Source: Candidatus Bathyarchaeota archaeon (GTDB lineage: Archaea > Thermoproteota > Bathyarchaeia > Bathyarchaeales > Bathycorpusculaceae). From it: DNA of 64,000 nt. Each line of letters begins with the position of its first letter. Within the stretch, counting starts at the first letter, position 1. Positions 21,084-31,577 of this stretch are shown piece after piece. Position numbers and translations under genes: made by a program. Under the pieces are notes generated by a model. The model did not search any database. It was given only the letters and a program-made list of their open reading frames with translations, and was not told the origin of the DNA. The DNA lies in the NCBI GenBank assembly GCA_963768425.1, contig CAVYHV010000006.1:192001-256000 (forward strand). Direction: 5' to 3'.

Positions 21084-21356
21084 TTATTCTACATTAAGCT
21101 GATTAATCGCGCTAACGAATTTTTCCCAGTTGTCTTTCCTAATTCCTAGTTGCTCCGTAAATAAGAAACGACCGCTCGGATTAAACTTCAAAATCCTAAT
21201 GCAGAAGCGGTGGTCTAATTTTTGAGCGACTTCTTCATTCCATTCATACAGCCAAAAAGTGGTTTTAAATCCGTCTGGCATTGTAATTTCGCTCAACTGT
21301 TTCCTGGTTTTCCAAGCTCTTTTTCTTTTTGCTACCACTGTAACGCTTCCTAACAT
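21084..21356 (-). CDS. Small hypothetical protein, possibly PC4/PUR-like nucleic-acid-binding fold
   Basis: Beta-rich with C-terminal LGIRKDNWEKFVSAI helix; co-oriented with vsr. Confidence 0.45.
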   Translation of the reverse strand: MLGSVTVVAKRKRAWKTRKQLSEITMPDGFKTTFWLYEWNEEVAQKLDHRFCIRILKFNPSGRFLFTEQLGIRKDNWEKFVSAINQLNVE

Positions 21357-21408
21357 GACTGACTATAATCTGCTTCATTTGTTGCTAAAAGCTAATAAGT
21401 TTAAGTAG

Positions 21409-21849
21409 TCAAATTTCGAACGAAAACGTTTGGTCATTAAAAAAATGGGCTCTAATTGAAAGCTCACTTAGGATTCGCTCTAAAACCGCCTCTCTATTCT
21501 CGAGCTCGTGTTCCCATATTCGCATAACAATCCACCCTTTATTTTCAAGGCGTAATGTTGTTTCTATATCTCTTAATTTGTTCTTATTCAATTTAGGAAT
21601 CCAATACTCTTTGTTACTTTTAGGTAAATGCCCGTGGATTGGACAGCGGTGCCAGAAGCAACCATCAACGAAAATTGCTATCTTTCTTTTAGGAAACGCA
21701 ATGTCTATTTTTTCTTTGCCATATTGGATACTGAACCTAAACCCCTTTGCCCACAATGCCCTTCTCAAAGCAACTTCAGGCGTTGTGTTTTTGGAACGTA
21801 TGGCAGACATTATTTTTGAACGCTTTTCTTTAGAAATTGTGTCTACCAT
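21409..21849 (-). CDS. vsr: Very short patch repair endonuclease
   Basis: DTISKEKRSKIMSAIRSKNTTPE, FVDGCFWH and RIWEHE motifs; start MVDT at 21849. Confidence 0.93.
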   Translation of the reverse strand: MVDTISKEKRSKIMSAIRSKNTTPEVALRRALWAKGFRFSIQYGKEKIDIAFPKRKIAIFVDGCFWHRCPIHGHLPKSNKEYWIPKLNKNKLRDIETTLRLENKGWIVMRIWEHELENREAVLERILSELSIRAHFFNDQTFSFEI

Positions 21850-21891
21850 AATTCTCAAACGTTTTATATTACTTCCAAACAATATTAGCGT

Positions 21892-22749
21892 ATGTGCCCC
21901 AACATACTAACAACAATAAAAAGTATTTCAGAATTCAGAAATAACGATCTCAAAAATTACTTCGCAACTTACCCTATCCGCATAAATCAAGTTGGGCAAC
22001 AATTGGAGTTTTACGTCAAAGATGCTATATGTGGCTCTTTCAAGTCTAACAAGACCGAAGACCTAGCTCACACTAAAGGGGTCTTTTCCTACTTAGGTAA
22101 TCAAAACAACCCTCCTGACCTCATTATTGCCAATGGTGACGCCTACGAGATAAAGAAAATCGAGAACCTCAAGGCTTCTCTTGCACTTAATAATTCCCCA
22201 CCAAAAGACCAACTTCATAGAGATGACCCAAGGATTACTCAATATTGCCGAGATTGTGACGGAGGCAATTGGAAAAGCAAGGAAATTTTTTATACTGTGG
22301 GGTGTGCTGAAAAAACTAAACTAAAGCATCTGTTCTTCATACATGGTCGTTGCTACGCCGCAGACAAAGAAATTTATGAAAACAAAGCAACCCAATTGAA
22401 AGAAGGCATCGACATTTTTTTCAAGTCAAAGGGATGGGAGACCACCAAAACAAAGGAATTGGGTCGAATAAATAAAATGGACCCTCTTGGCATTACAAAT
22501 TTTAGGATTCGCGGTATGTGGGAGATAGAAAATCCACTTAAGGTTTTTTCGTACTTATACAAGTTCGATGAACGGAAGAGTTTTTCGTTAGCCGCTCTTA
22601 TGACGAAAGAGAAATACGGTTCTTTCCCAAAAGAAGATAAAATGGCATTGGAAAATGATGACAAAATTACCTCAAAGACAGTAATTGTCAGGAACCCCAA
22701 TAATCCTGCTCAAGACGTGGAAGCTCAGCTTATTACCTCATGGTGGTAA
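21892..22749 (+). CDS. Type II restriction endonuclease, NgoPII-like (probably GGCC)
   Basis: FSYLGNQNNPPD...AYEIKK and DPLGITNFRIRGMW motifs; adjacent to a C5 methyltransferase. Confidence 0.8.
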   Translation: MCPNILTTIKSISEFRNNDLKNYFATYPIRINQVGQQLEFYVKDAICGSFKSNKTEDLAHTKGVFSYLGNQNNPPDLIIANGDAYEIKKIENLKASLALNNSPPKDQLHRDDPRITQYCRDCDGGNWKSKEIFYTVGCAEKTKLKHLFFIHGRCYAADKEIYENKATQLKEGIDIFFKSKGWETTKTKELGRINKMDPLGITNFRIRGMWEIENPLKVFSYLYKFDERKSFSLAALMTKEKYGSFPKEDKMALENDDKITSKTVIVRNPNNPAQDVEAQLITSWW

Positions 22750-22761
22750 ACGCTGGAAATA

Positions 22762-23766
22762 GTGTCTCTCTTTTCAGGTTGCGGTGGGTTAGACCTTGGA
22801 TTTACGAATACTGGTTTCGAGTTAGTCTATGCAAATGACAATGACCCAATAGTCTGGGAGACTTTTGAAAAGAACCACAAAATAGCTATTGACAAGCGTT
22901 CTTTGTTTGAGATTAAATCCTCTGAAATACCTGATGCAGATGGAATAATTGGTGGTCCTCCTTGCCAAAGTTGGAGCCTTGCAGGAAAGATGCGTGGCGC
23001 AAAGGATGAAAGAGGACAGCTATTTTATGAGTACGTTAGAGTGCTGAAGGATAAGCGACCCAAGTTTTTCCTTGCTGAGAATGTCCCAGGAATTGTTTCC
23101 AGGACACATCTTCCGGAGTTTAAGAATATCTTAAGGAGGTTTTCTTCGCTGGGTTATGAAGTCTCCTTTGGGCTAGTTGATGCCCGAAATTATGGTGTTC
23201 CCCAAGACCGTAAAAGAGTGTTCATGATCGGTTTTAAAAAAAGTCTCAAGTGCCGATTTAAATTTCCTGAGCAAACACATTCAGAACTTGGCGGAAAGAC
23301 CCTCGATGGCAAGAAAACTTTCAAATGGTTGACATTGAAAGATGCTATTGGAGACCTTCCTGAACCCATTCGGGCTCTTGATAAGAACAAGGCTAACGGC
23401 AATCTAGCTATCCCTAATCATGAGTATATGAACGGAAGCTTTTCATCCATGTATATGTCTAGAAATAGACGAAGAACTTGGGACGAGCCTTCCTTTACAA
23501 TCCAAGCTGGCGGAAGGCATGCACCTTTACATCCAGGTTCCGCTAAGATGACAAAAGTTGAGACTGATCTGTGGAAGTTTGAGGGAGATAGTCCTCAATT
23601 CAGGCGTTTGTCAGTAAGAGAAGTTGCGAGAATTCAGACATTCCCAGATGATTTCAGGTTTTATTACACGAATATTGCAGATGCCTACAAGATGATTGGG
23701 AATGCGGTTCCGGTTAAGTTGGCAGAAGTTCTAGCGAAAAAGATCTCTGAAGACCTTAGTGTCTAA
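22762..23766 (+). CDS. DNA (cytosine-5) methyltransferase, M.HaeIII-like
   Basis: LFSGCGG, GGPPCQ, ENV, QDRKR and IGNAVP motifs; target recognition region MSRNRRRTWDEPSFTIQAGGRHAPLHP resembles GGCC enzymes. Confidence 0.92.
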   Translation: MSLFSGCGGLDLGFTNTGFELVYANDNDPIVWETFEKNHKIAIDKRSLFEIKSSEIPDADGIIGGPPCQSWSLAGKMRGAKDERGQLFYEYVRVLKDKRPKFFLAENVPGIVSRTHLPEFKNILRRFSSLGYEVSFGLVDARNYGVPQDRKRVFMIGFKKSLKCRFKFPEQTHSELGGKTLDGKKTFKWLTLKDAIGDLPEPIRALDKNKANGNLAIPNHEYMNGSFSSMYMSRNRRRTWDEPSFTIQAGGRHAPLHPGSAKMTKVETDLWKFEGDSPQFRRLSVREVARIQTFPDDFRFYYTNIADAYKMIGNAVPVKLAEVLAKKISEDLSV

Positions 23767-24171
23767 GTTAAGCACTTGACCCGTCTTATGAGTGCAAAGC
23801 ACAACCAATCAACGAGTCTTACAAGCTGACCGTCAGAAATACGGGAGATACTCTTCGAAAAACTTCTCGGACGTGAGAGATTAAACGATTTCATGGCGTT
23901 AACCGAGAGATTTGGAATGGAATTTGGATTGAGACATGGATAAAGTTGCCCTTTCCAGGGGCCATCAGTAGCCCTAAACTGCTGGTACTTTATCCACCGC
24001 TACGATCTACAACAATTTTAATCGAACCGATTGCAGGCTAATTAAATAAATGCAGCCAATCATCTTCAAGAAAGAAAATTGCGCCAAGCAAGTAACAAAG
24101 GAGTCAAGAAAGCTGTCAAAAATAAGCTGCCGCATTGACATCGATAAATCAATTTAAGATAAAGGCATTTT

Positions 24172-24840
24172 TTAGAACTTTTGTGTTCCTTTTTCCAAAT
24201 CTATCAGATATTTGCATTTATCACAGAGTTTCTTTCTGAATATAATACCGGTTTCTCGGATGCAGTTAGGGCAAAACGCTTTGCCACAATTACTGCAATT
24301 GACAGTTTGATTCATCTCTAACTTTTTTTGACATACCGGACAATATGTCATTATGTTCAATAGTTTTCCAGAGTAACCGAACCTTGAATCCTCATATTTG
24401 CTTCCGTCAGGTTCTTGTCTTTCAATGTACCATAACGGCACTTGAACAAAGCCGCTTTTTAAAATTGAAATTGTGTTTTTAAAGGGGACGAAAACTCTAT
24501 CGGAGGATCTGTTTCCATAGTGTACTGTGTAGTGCTCTGTGTTTTTGTTGATGAAGTAGTTTAGAGCTACTTCTTTTGCCTCATGGAAGTTTGCAATTTC
24601 TAGTTGGTTTATTGTTAACCTGTACTTGTTTTCGGTATCAATAATATAACTTTCAGCAAGATTGACATTGATCTCTTGTAGCAGTAATCCGTTATCGACA
24701 ACTTTGCCATTACTTGCATCTAGTGTTATTGTGTAATGGTCTTGAAAGAGGTGACGTCCGACTGACGCTCGAAAGCTAAACTCGAAAAGATAATAAGAAA
24801 AGAACCTGAGTTCCTTGACAATTGATGTTTCCGCGGGCAA
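24172..24840 (-). CDS. Hypothetical protein with C-terminal multi-CxxC zinc finger (possibly the C-terminal part of the upstream PLD gene)
   Basis: CPVC, CSNC, CPNC and CDKC motifs. Confidence 0.55.
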   Translation of the reverse strand: MPAETSIVKELRFFSYYLFEFSFRASVGRHLFQDHYTITLDASNGKVVDNGLLLQEINVNLAESYIIDTENKYRLTINQLEIANFHEAKEVALNYFINKNTEHYTVHYGNRSSDRVFVPFKNTISILKSGFVQVPLWYIERQEPDGSKYEDSRFGYSGKLLNIMTYCPVCQKKLEMNQTVNCSNCGKAFCPNCIRETGIIFRKKLCDKCKYLIDLEKGTQKF

Positions 24841-24875
24841 TTTGTTTATACGGTATTCTTAATGGCAATGCATTT

Positions 24876-25361
24876 TTAATTAAACGTTGCGTGGTAGAGG
24901 TTAATTGGTCTTCGTGTCATGTTTTGGTTTTCATATTTCAACCATGTTTTCATGAAGTTGTGTTCCAGTTCTTTGACTTCTTCAGAAGTCTCAGTTATGC
25001 TAAGTGACTCTACGTTGGTATTCAAGCCACTGTATGTTAGATTTGCCGATCCTGAAACACCATACGACCCATCGACTATGTACAATTTTGAATGAATAAA
25101 GGTTGACTTCTCAGTGTTCTTATCTATGACTAAGAAATTTAGATGCATATTTTTTGCTTTTTCCAAGATAGCTATGGAGTCCATGTTTAAAGGGTCGTTG
25201 CTTGTGATGATTCGCACGTCAATTCCACTTTGAGATAAGAAAACAAGTTTTTCAGCGTAGTCTTTTCCTATCCATGGACTAATAATCCATGCCGATTTCT
25301 TGGCGTTCCACAATAGAGGCGTGATCTTAGAGCCAGCGCCAGCATCTAAGTAAGCTTTCAT
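24876..25361 (-). CDS. Phospholipase D-family nuclease domain protein
   Basis: ISPWI and IHSKLYIVD...GSANLT...NVE (HKD motif). Confidence 0.8.
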   Translation of the reverse strand: MKAYLDAGAGSKITPLLWNAKKSAWIISPWIGKDYAEKLVFLSQSGIDVRIITSNDPLNMDSIAILEKAKNMHLNFLVIDKNTEKSTFIHSKLYIVDGSYGVSGSANLTYSGLNTNVESLSITETSEEVKELEHNFMKTWLKYENQNMTRRPINLYHATFN

Positions 25362-25482
25362 CGAGTCTAACCTTATATTGAGGATAGATAGGGCTATTCT
25401 AATTAAATTCTTATGATTTCACAATTAGTATTTTGGTTTTGGTTCACGCTGCTCTTCCTTCATGTTCAGTCCGCAAATCTGA

Positions 25483-25727
25483 CTATTTTTCAATTATCTT
25501 CATTTCGTTTCGTTGGCTGGTTATGGATAGGTGGGCGAAGGTTGAGTCTTTGGTGGCGCCGTGCCAGTGTTCTTCGCCTGGAGATATGAGAACTATTGTT
25601 CCGGGCGTGGCTGCGTGTTGTTGGATCTTGGTGGCTATGATTCCTTTGCCTTCGGTGATTATGTGGATTTGTTCGGTTGTGTGGGTGTGGAGTTTGTTGC
25701 GTGCACCTAACAAAACTTCTGGAGGCT
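25483..25727 (-). pseudogene. Cupin-domain gene, 5'-truncated
   Basis: LHTHTTEQ...EGKG...PGEEHWHGAT; 5' end replaced by the abrB module starting at ~25730. Confidence 0.7.
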
Positions 25728-25867
25728 GGTTTTATTAGATATCTATTTTAGGTAAGAATGTAAGATTATATTCGGGGTAACGTGAATGACTCAAAGTGAA
25801 AAGGCCAACTTACGATTCTCAGCGAAAAAGGCGAAGTTGTTATACCTGCAAAAATAAGGTCCCGAAT

Positions 25868-27496
25868 GAGAGTGTGTGAAAAGTCTCATTTTTTGCCAGC
25901 CACTTACCGTTAAGCTTAAAGCTAGCCTTAGAACAACTGAAAAGCCATGAGCGAACATGTAAATGGAACCCACAGAGACCAAACAGTGCTGTTCCCAGAT
26001 ACCATCAACAAGTACGTTGAAAAAGAAAACCCGGTTAGGTTCATCGACGCTTTCATAGATAGCCTTGACCTGGAAAAGCTTGGCTTCAAACACTCAATTC
26101 CGGCTGAAACTGGAAGACCCTCTTACAATCCTTCAGACTTGCTAAAACTCTACGTTTACGGCTACCTAAACCAGGTCAGGTCTAGCAGGAAATTGGAGAA
26201 AGAGTGCCACCGAAACGTTGAAGTTATGTGGCTTATGAAGAGGCTTGTTCCAGACTTCAAAACCATTGCTGATTTCAGGAAAGATAACGTCGACTGCATC
26301 AAAGGCGTATTCAAAGAGTTTGTTTACCTCTGCAGGAGCTTGGATCTTTATGGTGCTCAGCTGGTAGCCATCGATGGTACAAAATTCAGGGCTGTTAACT
26401 CACGGGGCAACAACCTCAACGAGAAAGCAGTCGCTCTAAGACTCAAGCAGACAGAGGAAAGGATAGCAAAATATCTCAACGAATTAGACCACAATGATGC
26501 GTCTGATTCAGACGGAGATGGAGCAGTCAAGACCGATGAGCTTAAAGAAAAAATAAGCCAGTTGGAAGAGAAGAAGAAGCAGTACGAGCATATTCAAGAG
26601 CAGATGAAGGCCACAGGCCAAAGGGAGATTTCTCTTGTGGATCCTGATAGCCGCTTGATGAGAGTGGATAGTCAACGGTTTGAAGTCGGCTATAACATTC
26701 AAACATCAGTCGATGCGAAACAGCATCTAATCGTTGATTATGATGTGATAAATAACTCAACTGACCATCATCAGCTAGCCAAGGACGCCTTTGCAGCAAA
26801 GGAGACCTTGGGTGTGGATGAGCTTGATGTTTTGAGTGACAAGGGATTCTATGTTGAAAAAGACGTCTCAGACTGCGAGAACAATGGTATTACTGTCTTC
26901 ATGCCTATACCCGCCGTTTTGAGCCCTTACAAGAGTATTGGTGTTCCAGCGCCTGAGTTCTACAGCGACAAATTTGTTTATGATGCTGCTAAGAACGTGT
27001 ATGTTTGTCCTGCAGGCGAAGAGTTGAAGTTTTGTAAGTGCGTCTACAGAGATGAACCTGAGAGAGGCAGGGTTTACAGGACTGCTAGTTGCGCTGTCTG
27101 TGTTTTTAGGGGCAAGTGTACGAGGAACAAACGTGGACGGACTATGGTTAGGTCTGAGTATGATGATGCAGTTGAGCGTCTAAGGGTTAGGTTGAAGGGT
27201 CTTGATGGACGAGAGAAGATTCGTTTGAGACGGATGCTAGTGGAGCATCCGTTTGGGACTATTAAGCGTGCTTTCAATCAGGGCTATGTGCTATTGAAAG
27301 GCTTGCGAAAGGTTAGAGGAGAGGTCGGATTTACGATGCTGGCTTACAACATGCGACGGGCTATCAATATTCTTGGAGTTGGTATGCTGATGGGCTTCAT
27401 TAAGGCGTAGAAAAGAGAAAACAAGTGAACAATAGTAGCTAACAGCTTGAGTGATAGATACTCTTAGGATTTAGCTCTGAGTTTTCACACGGTCTC
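25868..27496 (+). mobile_element. IS1182-family insertion sequence with 18-bp imperfect inverted repeats and 4-bp GAAT target duplication
   Basis: Left IR GAGAGTGTGTGAAAAGTC; right IR (reverse complement) GAGACCGTGTGAAAACTC; GAAT at 25864-25867 and 27497-27500; empty site visible in the paralog at ~47025. Confidence 0.93.
25947..27410 (+). CDS. IS1182-family DDE transposase
   Basis: GRPSYNP, SSRKLE, PDFKTIADFR, IDGTK, DKGF and VEHPFGTIK motifs. Confidence 0.95.
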   Translation: MSEHVNGTHRDQTVLFPDTINKYVEKENPVRFIDAFIDSLDLEKLGFKHSIPAETGRPSYNPSDLLKLYVYGYLNQVRSSRKLEKECHRNVEVMWLMKRLVPDFKTIADFRKDNVDCIKGVFKEFVYLCRSLDLYGAQLVAIDGTKFRAVNSRGNNLNEKAVALRLKQTEERIAKYLNELDHNDASDSDGDGAVKTDELKEKISQLEEKKKQYEHIQEQMKATGQREISLVDPDSRLMRVDSQRFEVGYNIQTSVDAKQHLIVDYDVINNSTDHHQLAKDAFAAKETLGVDELDVLSDKGFYVEKDVSDCENNGITVFMPIPAVLSPYKSIGVPAPEFYSDKFVYDAAKNVYVCPAGEELKFCKCVYRDEPERGRVYRTASCAVCVFRGKCTRNKRGRTMVRSEYDDAVERLRVRLKGLDGREKIRLRRMLVEHPFGTIKRAFNQGYVLLKGLRKVRGEVGFTMLAYNMRRAINILGVGMLMGFIKA

Positions 27497-27731
27497 GAAT
27501 GGGTCTAAAACCTAAAACGAAATTTCTAGTGTATGAATGCGAAGACTCGGTAATATTGAAGAAATTTGAGGAGCCCGATTTTTCAAAAGAGATTGAAGCT
27601 ATGTACAAAAGAGTCAATGAAAGAATTGCAAAATACGGCGAGCTAACGCAAAACGATGTAGAAAACGAAATACAAAAATACCGAAAAGAAAAGGCTGCAA
27701 GGGCAAAAAAGGCTTAGGAATCAGGAATCAC

Positions 27732-28145
27732 ATGATTGTCGTAGTTTTCGACATTAATGTGCTAGTTTCCAGTTTGATAGTAGTGGGAAAGCCTCAAGAT
27801 CTTTGGCGCAGAGCAAAGACCAATGAGTTTTCTCTTGAATTGTCGGATGAAATGTATAACGAGTTCGTTAATGTTGTGAGCCGAAAAAAGTTTGAGAAAT
27901 ACGTGACAGATATTGATGTCAAGTTGTTCTTAGCCGATTTACGCCAAATAGCCAAATTTGTGCAAGTGAAGTCCAAGTTTAAGGTTATACTGGAAGACCC
28001 TGACGATGACATTATTATTCGAGCAGCTTATGACGGCAAAGCTGACTACATTGTTTCAGGCGACAGGCACTTGCTTTCACTGAAAGAATTCAAAGGGATA
28101 AAAATCCTAACCGTTGAGGAAATGCTAAACGTTCTGAATAGTTAG
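27732..28145 (+). CDS. vapC: PIN-domain toxin (VapC-like)
   Basis: VVFDINVLVS, DPDDD and DYIVSGDRHLL motifs. Confidence 0.9.
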   Translation: MIVVVFDINVLVSSLIVVGKPQDLWRRAKTNEFSLELSDEMYNEFVNVVSRKKFEKYVTDIDVKLFLADLRQIAKFVQVKSKFKVILEDPDDDIIIRAAYDGKADYIVSGDRHLLSLKEFKGIKILTVEEMLNVLNS

Positions 28146-28391
28146 CGTTATTCATCAAAATTGATTACTGGTTGACAATCACTTTCTCGTTATTACGGCA
28201 TAAGTAAACCTACAGATGCTGATTCAGCCCATACTAAATTAGCGGAAAAAGGGGTGGTTGTATATGTTTCCTTTTTTCCATGGCAATTTGGGGTCTTCGC
28301 CGAACATTACTCCTACTCCTGGAGGCGGGGTACGTTTTAGTTGCCATGCTGCTAATGCTAATGCGATGACGCAGTCGTCGTGGTAGCCTTC
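28073..28391 (+). repeat. ~320-bp direct repeat (vapC 3' end + terL 3' end), copy 1
   Basis: Near-identical to 41542-41860. Confidence 0.9.
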
Positions 28392-29524
28392 TGGTGCTCC
28401 ATACTGTACGTTTCCGCTTGGGGTTGTTTTGTAACCGTAGAGTTTGAGCTCATTGATTAACTCAGGAATCTGGGGTATTGTTAGCTTTTGGTTCTCGATC
28501 ATCATGCTGAGGTTTTCGATCAAATCTTTTTTTGTGGCGTTGGTGAATTTGTAGCCGTCAACTCGAACGTTTTCTCGGTGGAGTTCGTCGCAGACTGGGT
28601 CTCCGACGCCTGTGCTGTCGATTAGCAGGCGGGCGTTGTATTGTTGGGCAAGTTGAACTATGCGTTTGCGTTGGAAAACCCAGTCTATCTGGTGTGAACC
28701 TGTCAAAAGCGCACAAATGCCCATCCATATCTAGAACGACTAGAACTGTGAAGTCTTTGAGTTTGGCAAGGTCACCGCCCATAACATATTGCTTGTGCGG
28801 TTCAGGCGGTTGGAAGGTGCCTTTGACTATGCGGTCTACGCCTCGGAAAACTGAGCCAACATCCTCAAGAAACTCAGCCATAACCTCTTGGCGATAAGCA
28901 AGTTCAGGCATGTCACGGGCGAAAGAGGCAATCTCCGCTGGATCCAGATATGGGTTGCTGCCGCTGGGGAAACTCCAGCTCTTGTAATCAGTTTGCGACG
29001 GGTCTTGTCCTCGGGTCCAGAGCTGAAAATACCAGTTATGTCCTCTTGGTGTGCCTGTGAAGAAGGCGATGCCTTTCTCATCCATCAATGCAGGTCTAAG
29101 CGCCATGGTCCATGCTTCCTCCGCAATCTGAGCGCCCTCGTCAACCCATAAGACCTTTACGCCTTGGCTTCTAAGCGAATCAGGATTATCTGCGCTCTTA
29201 AACCAGACATGGCGTTTTCCCTTTGAGGATAACGTGCCGTTCAGCCCGGCGGATTTCCTCTATAAGTTCAGGTGGGCAAAAGTTGAAGAACTCGCTCCAT
29301 TGACGCTGAGTATGCCAATAAGTGGGGGCAACAGCAAATCCCACGATGCCTATTTTTTCTTTGCCTTCGCCCTGCTGCCAGATTTGCCTTATGAACTCGT
29401 TGGCGCCTGCAACGGTTTTGCCCCAGCGGCGTCCACAGTTGAGCACTCGGAACCTTGCTGGATGAAAGTGGAATTCAACTTGTCCAGGATGAGGCTTGTA
29501 CTTGATTACTGCTGTTTTGTGCAT
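28239..29524 (-). CDS. terL: Terminase large subunit (Terminase_6-like), frameshifted in three pieces
   Basis: PHPGQ, CGRRWGKT (Walker A), LRSQGVKVLWVDEGAQ (Walker B, read manually ~29120-29170), FTGTPRGHNW, DLAK, DSTGVGD and HDDCVIALALA. Confidence 0.9.
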
Positions 29525-29911
29525 GTCTTTTGGGTCCTCCCATTTTATTCGGATTTCTTCAGGTTCCGTTTCGCCTTGGGTTTTGGCTCCTGACATACTC
29601 GGCGATATCCACATTTATTTGACGCATAAGATTCAAAGCTGCGATGCGAGCTCGTGTCAGATTTTGCCTGCATGTATGCGACTACGGCTTTGCGGTAAAG
29701 CTGCTCATGCCGGTTACGAACTTTTAACAGTGTTTTCTTCATCTCTTGAAGTTGGGGCTGCCAACTGCTTCCGGGTCTCAAAATCCTTGTATACGGCACG
29801 CTCGGATACCCGATATTTTGCGCTTAGTTCCTTCACAATTTCGCAGGGTTCTAAGCCGTTTCCTTCAAGCTTTAAGATTTCTAAGCGTCTTTCAAGTGTT
29901 ATTGCATCCAA
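29525..29911 (-). CDS. Putative terminase small subunit (HTH), frameshifted
   Basis: N-terminal HTH (EIVKELSAKYRVSERAVYKDF), helical middle, C-terminal EIRIKWED; directly upstream of terL. Confidence 0.6.
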
Positions 29912-30992
29912 GAATTGTCACCTTTAATTTTCTTTGGAACATATTGGAGTGTTACAGTAAGCCGTCCCTTGCTTGCTGACTTTATGAGCCCACGATTTAT
30001 CCTTGAATCGTTCCTTCCATGGCTGCCATGCCCAACACGCTTCACAATCCAGTGGTCCAAATTTCCTCGAACCAGCTGAGGATTGCTCGTAACCAAATAG
30101 AACGGCAAATTCAACTGAGAAGTATAGAGCTCGGCGACAAAATTCAGCAGACGCTTTCCGATGCCTATGCCCTGGTAATCGGGCAAAACAACGAGGCGGC
30201 TGACGCGAAAGAAGTGTCCTCTCATTCGCACATGCGCAACTGCGATAAACGCTACGGGTTTTTCTTGGTAGAGGGCGACGTAGCATCTGACGCCTGCGCC
30301 AAGTTTGCCGTTTAGATAGTGATACTGCCGAAACATCTGTCCACGTGGATTTGCCGCACCGATAAACTTTGAGCTCAACGGGCGGCCGCCCTCTTTTTTT
30401 CGGTCAAACTCCATTGTGTCAGTGCAGAAAACCCAGTCTGGATCCAACCAATCGACTACATCGTAGTGGCAGGTTACGGCAATGAATTTCTTATCTTTCT
30501 GGCGCCTAATTGCTTTGCTGATTGCGTAAGAGGCAATTTTTGCAACTTCGCGATCCACGACCGAGGTGAACTCATCAAAAACGATCAGCTTCTTTGGGAG
30601 GCAGAGCGCTCTGGCGATGTCGACGCGCATTTTTTCTCCTTGACTGAGGCAACTGTAAGATTTCAGCCAGTCTGGAGGTGACGCGAAGCCAACGCTGCAA
30701 AGCAGCCGTGGTTATTTCGTTTGTTTCTATTTCTTCTGGGAAAGTCATCAAGGATGCATTTTGCTGTGTACTCGAAGCCTGTGGTGTATGCGTCTGGAAA
30801 CAGCTTTTTTGCTATGCTTGATTTGCCTGAGCCGCTGCGTCCGACTATGACGCCGATTTGCCAGTCATCGCCTTCAATCGGCAGTGAGCCTTTGAAATGC
30901 TTCTGCAACTTTACGTCGTTTAATGTGAAGCTGCCAACGACGCTTTGCGCTCGAAAACTCTCCGGTTCACTCCAACTCACCGATAAAATCAA
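29899..30992 (-). CDS. ABC-type ATPase + GNAT acetyltransferase (phage packaging-locus type), frameshifted
   Basis: GRSGSGKS, LSQGEKMRVDIARAL, VFDEFTSVVDR, TCHYD; GNAT RQYHYL and SRLVVLPDYQGIGIG. Confidence 0.85.
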
Positions 30993-31012
30993 AATCCAAC
31001 CTTTTCCGCCTC

Positions 31013-31577
31013 CTACAGATTTAGAACTCTCACCTTGTATCCTTCAGCCTTCAGTTTCTCAAAGAAGCATTTCTGCTGCGTCTCATCTTCGCATTCGATG
31101 ATTAGCTCGTAGCTGTCGGGTATGATGTTTGAGTTTTCAGGCGCTTGCCCGTCGGTTTCTGGCAGTTTCTCGCCGATAGACTGCAACAGTGCTTTTAAGC
31201 AGTCGCTTTCGCCAGCCTCTACAATACGCATGTACTCGGCGTCATCAAGCTCCCTGCTATGTTTGCCTTTGAGCTTGTTTAGGATCTGCCGCAGCATTCG
31301 CCTATCAACATCGGAGACTGGCAGTCGAAGAACTGGAGCAAAAAACTCGCCGTGATCTATGCAGACCTGCGCTCTCTGCTCGCCATCCGCAAAAACGCCG
31401 TCTTTGTTGGTTACGATAGGATAGGTCCAACCGTACTTTTGTAGGCTGCTCCAAACCTGGTCTTTCTGCTTGATCGTCATCTTGTTAGGGTTGTTGCCGT
31501 CACTTCGCAGCAGCCGAAGATCCTCAACCAGCGGCAGATAAGCATCAGGAACCTTAACGGTTGTTTTCTTTTCCATT
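31013..31577 (-). CDS. ParB/Srx N-terminal domain protein
   Basis: NNPNKM...LQKYGWTYPIV...ADGEQR; upstream of the ABC/GNAT and terminase genes. Confidence 0.75.

Larger units (their letters stand above)
25786..27717 (+). pseudogene. AbrB-family antitoxin interrupted by IS1182 (5' part 25786-25867, 3' part 27497-27717)
   Basis: Both halves align with the intact paralog at 46949..47248. Confidence 0.9.

Noticed and set aside
29198-29614. Natural TerS-TerL fusion suggested by EIRIKWEDPKDMHKTAV in one frame
   Set aside because: One indel would give the usual overlapping stop/start arrangement, and this region is indel-rich; unsupported without reads
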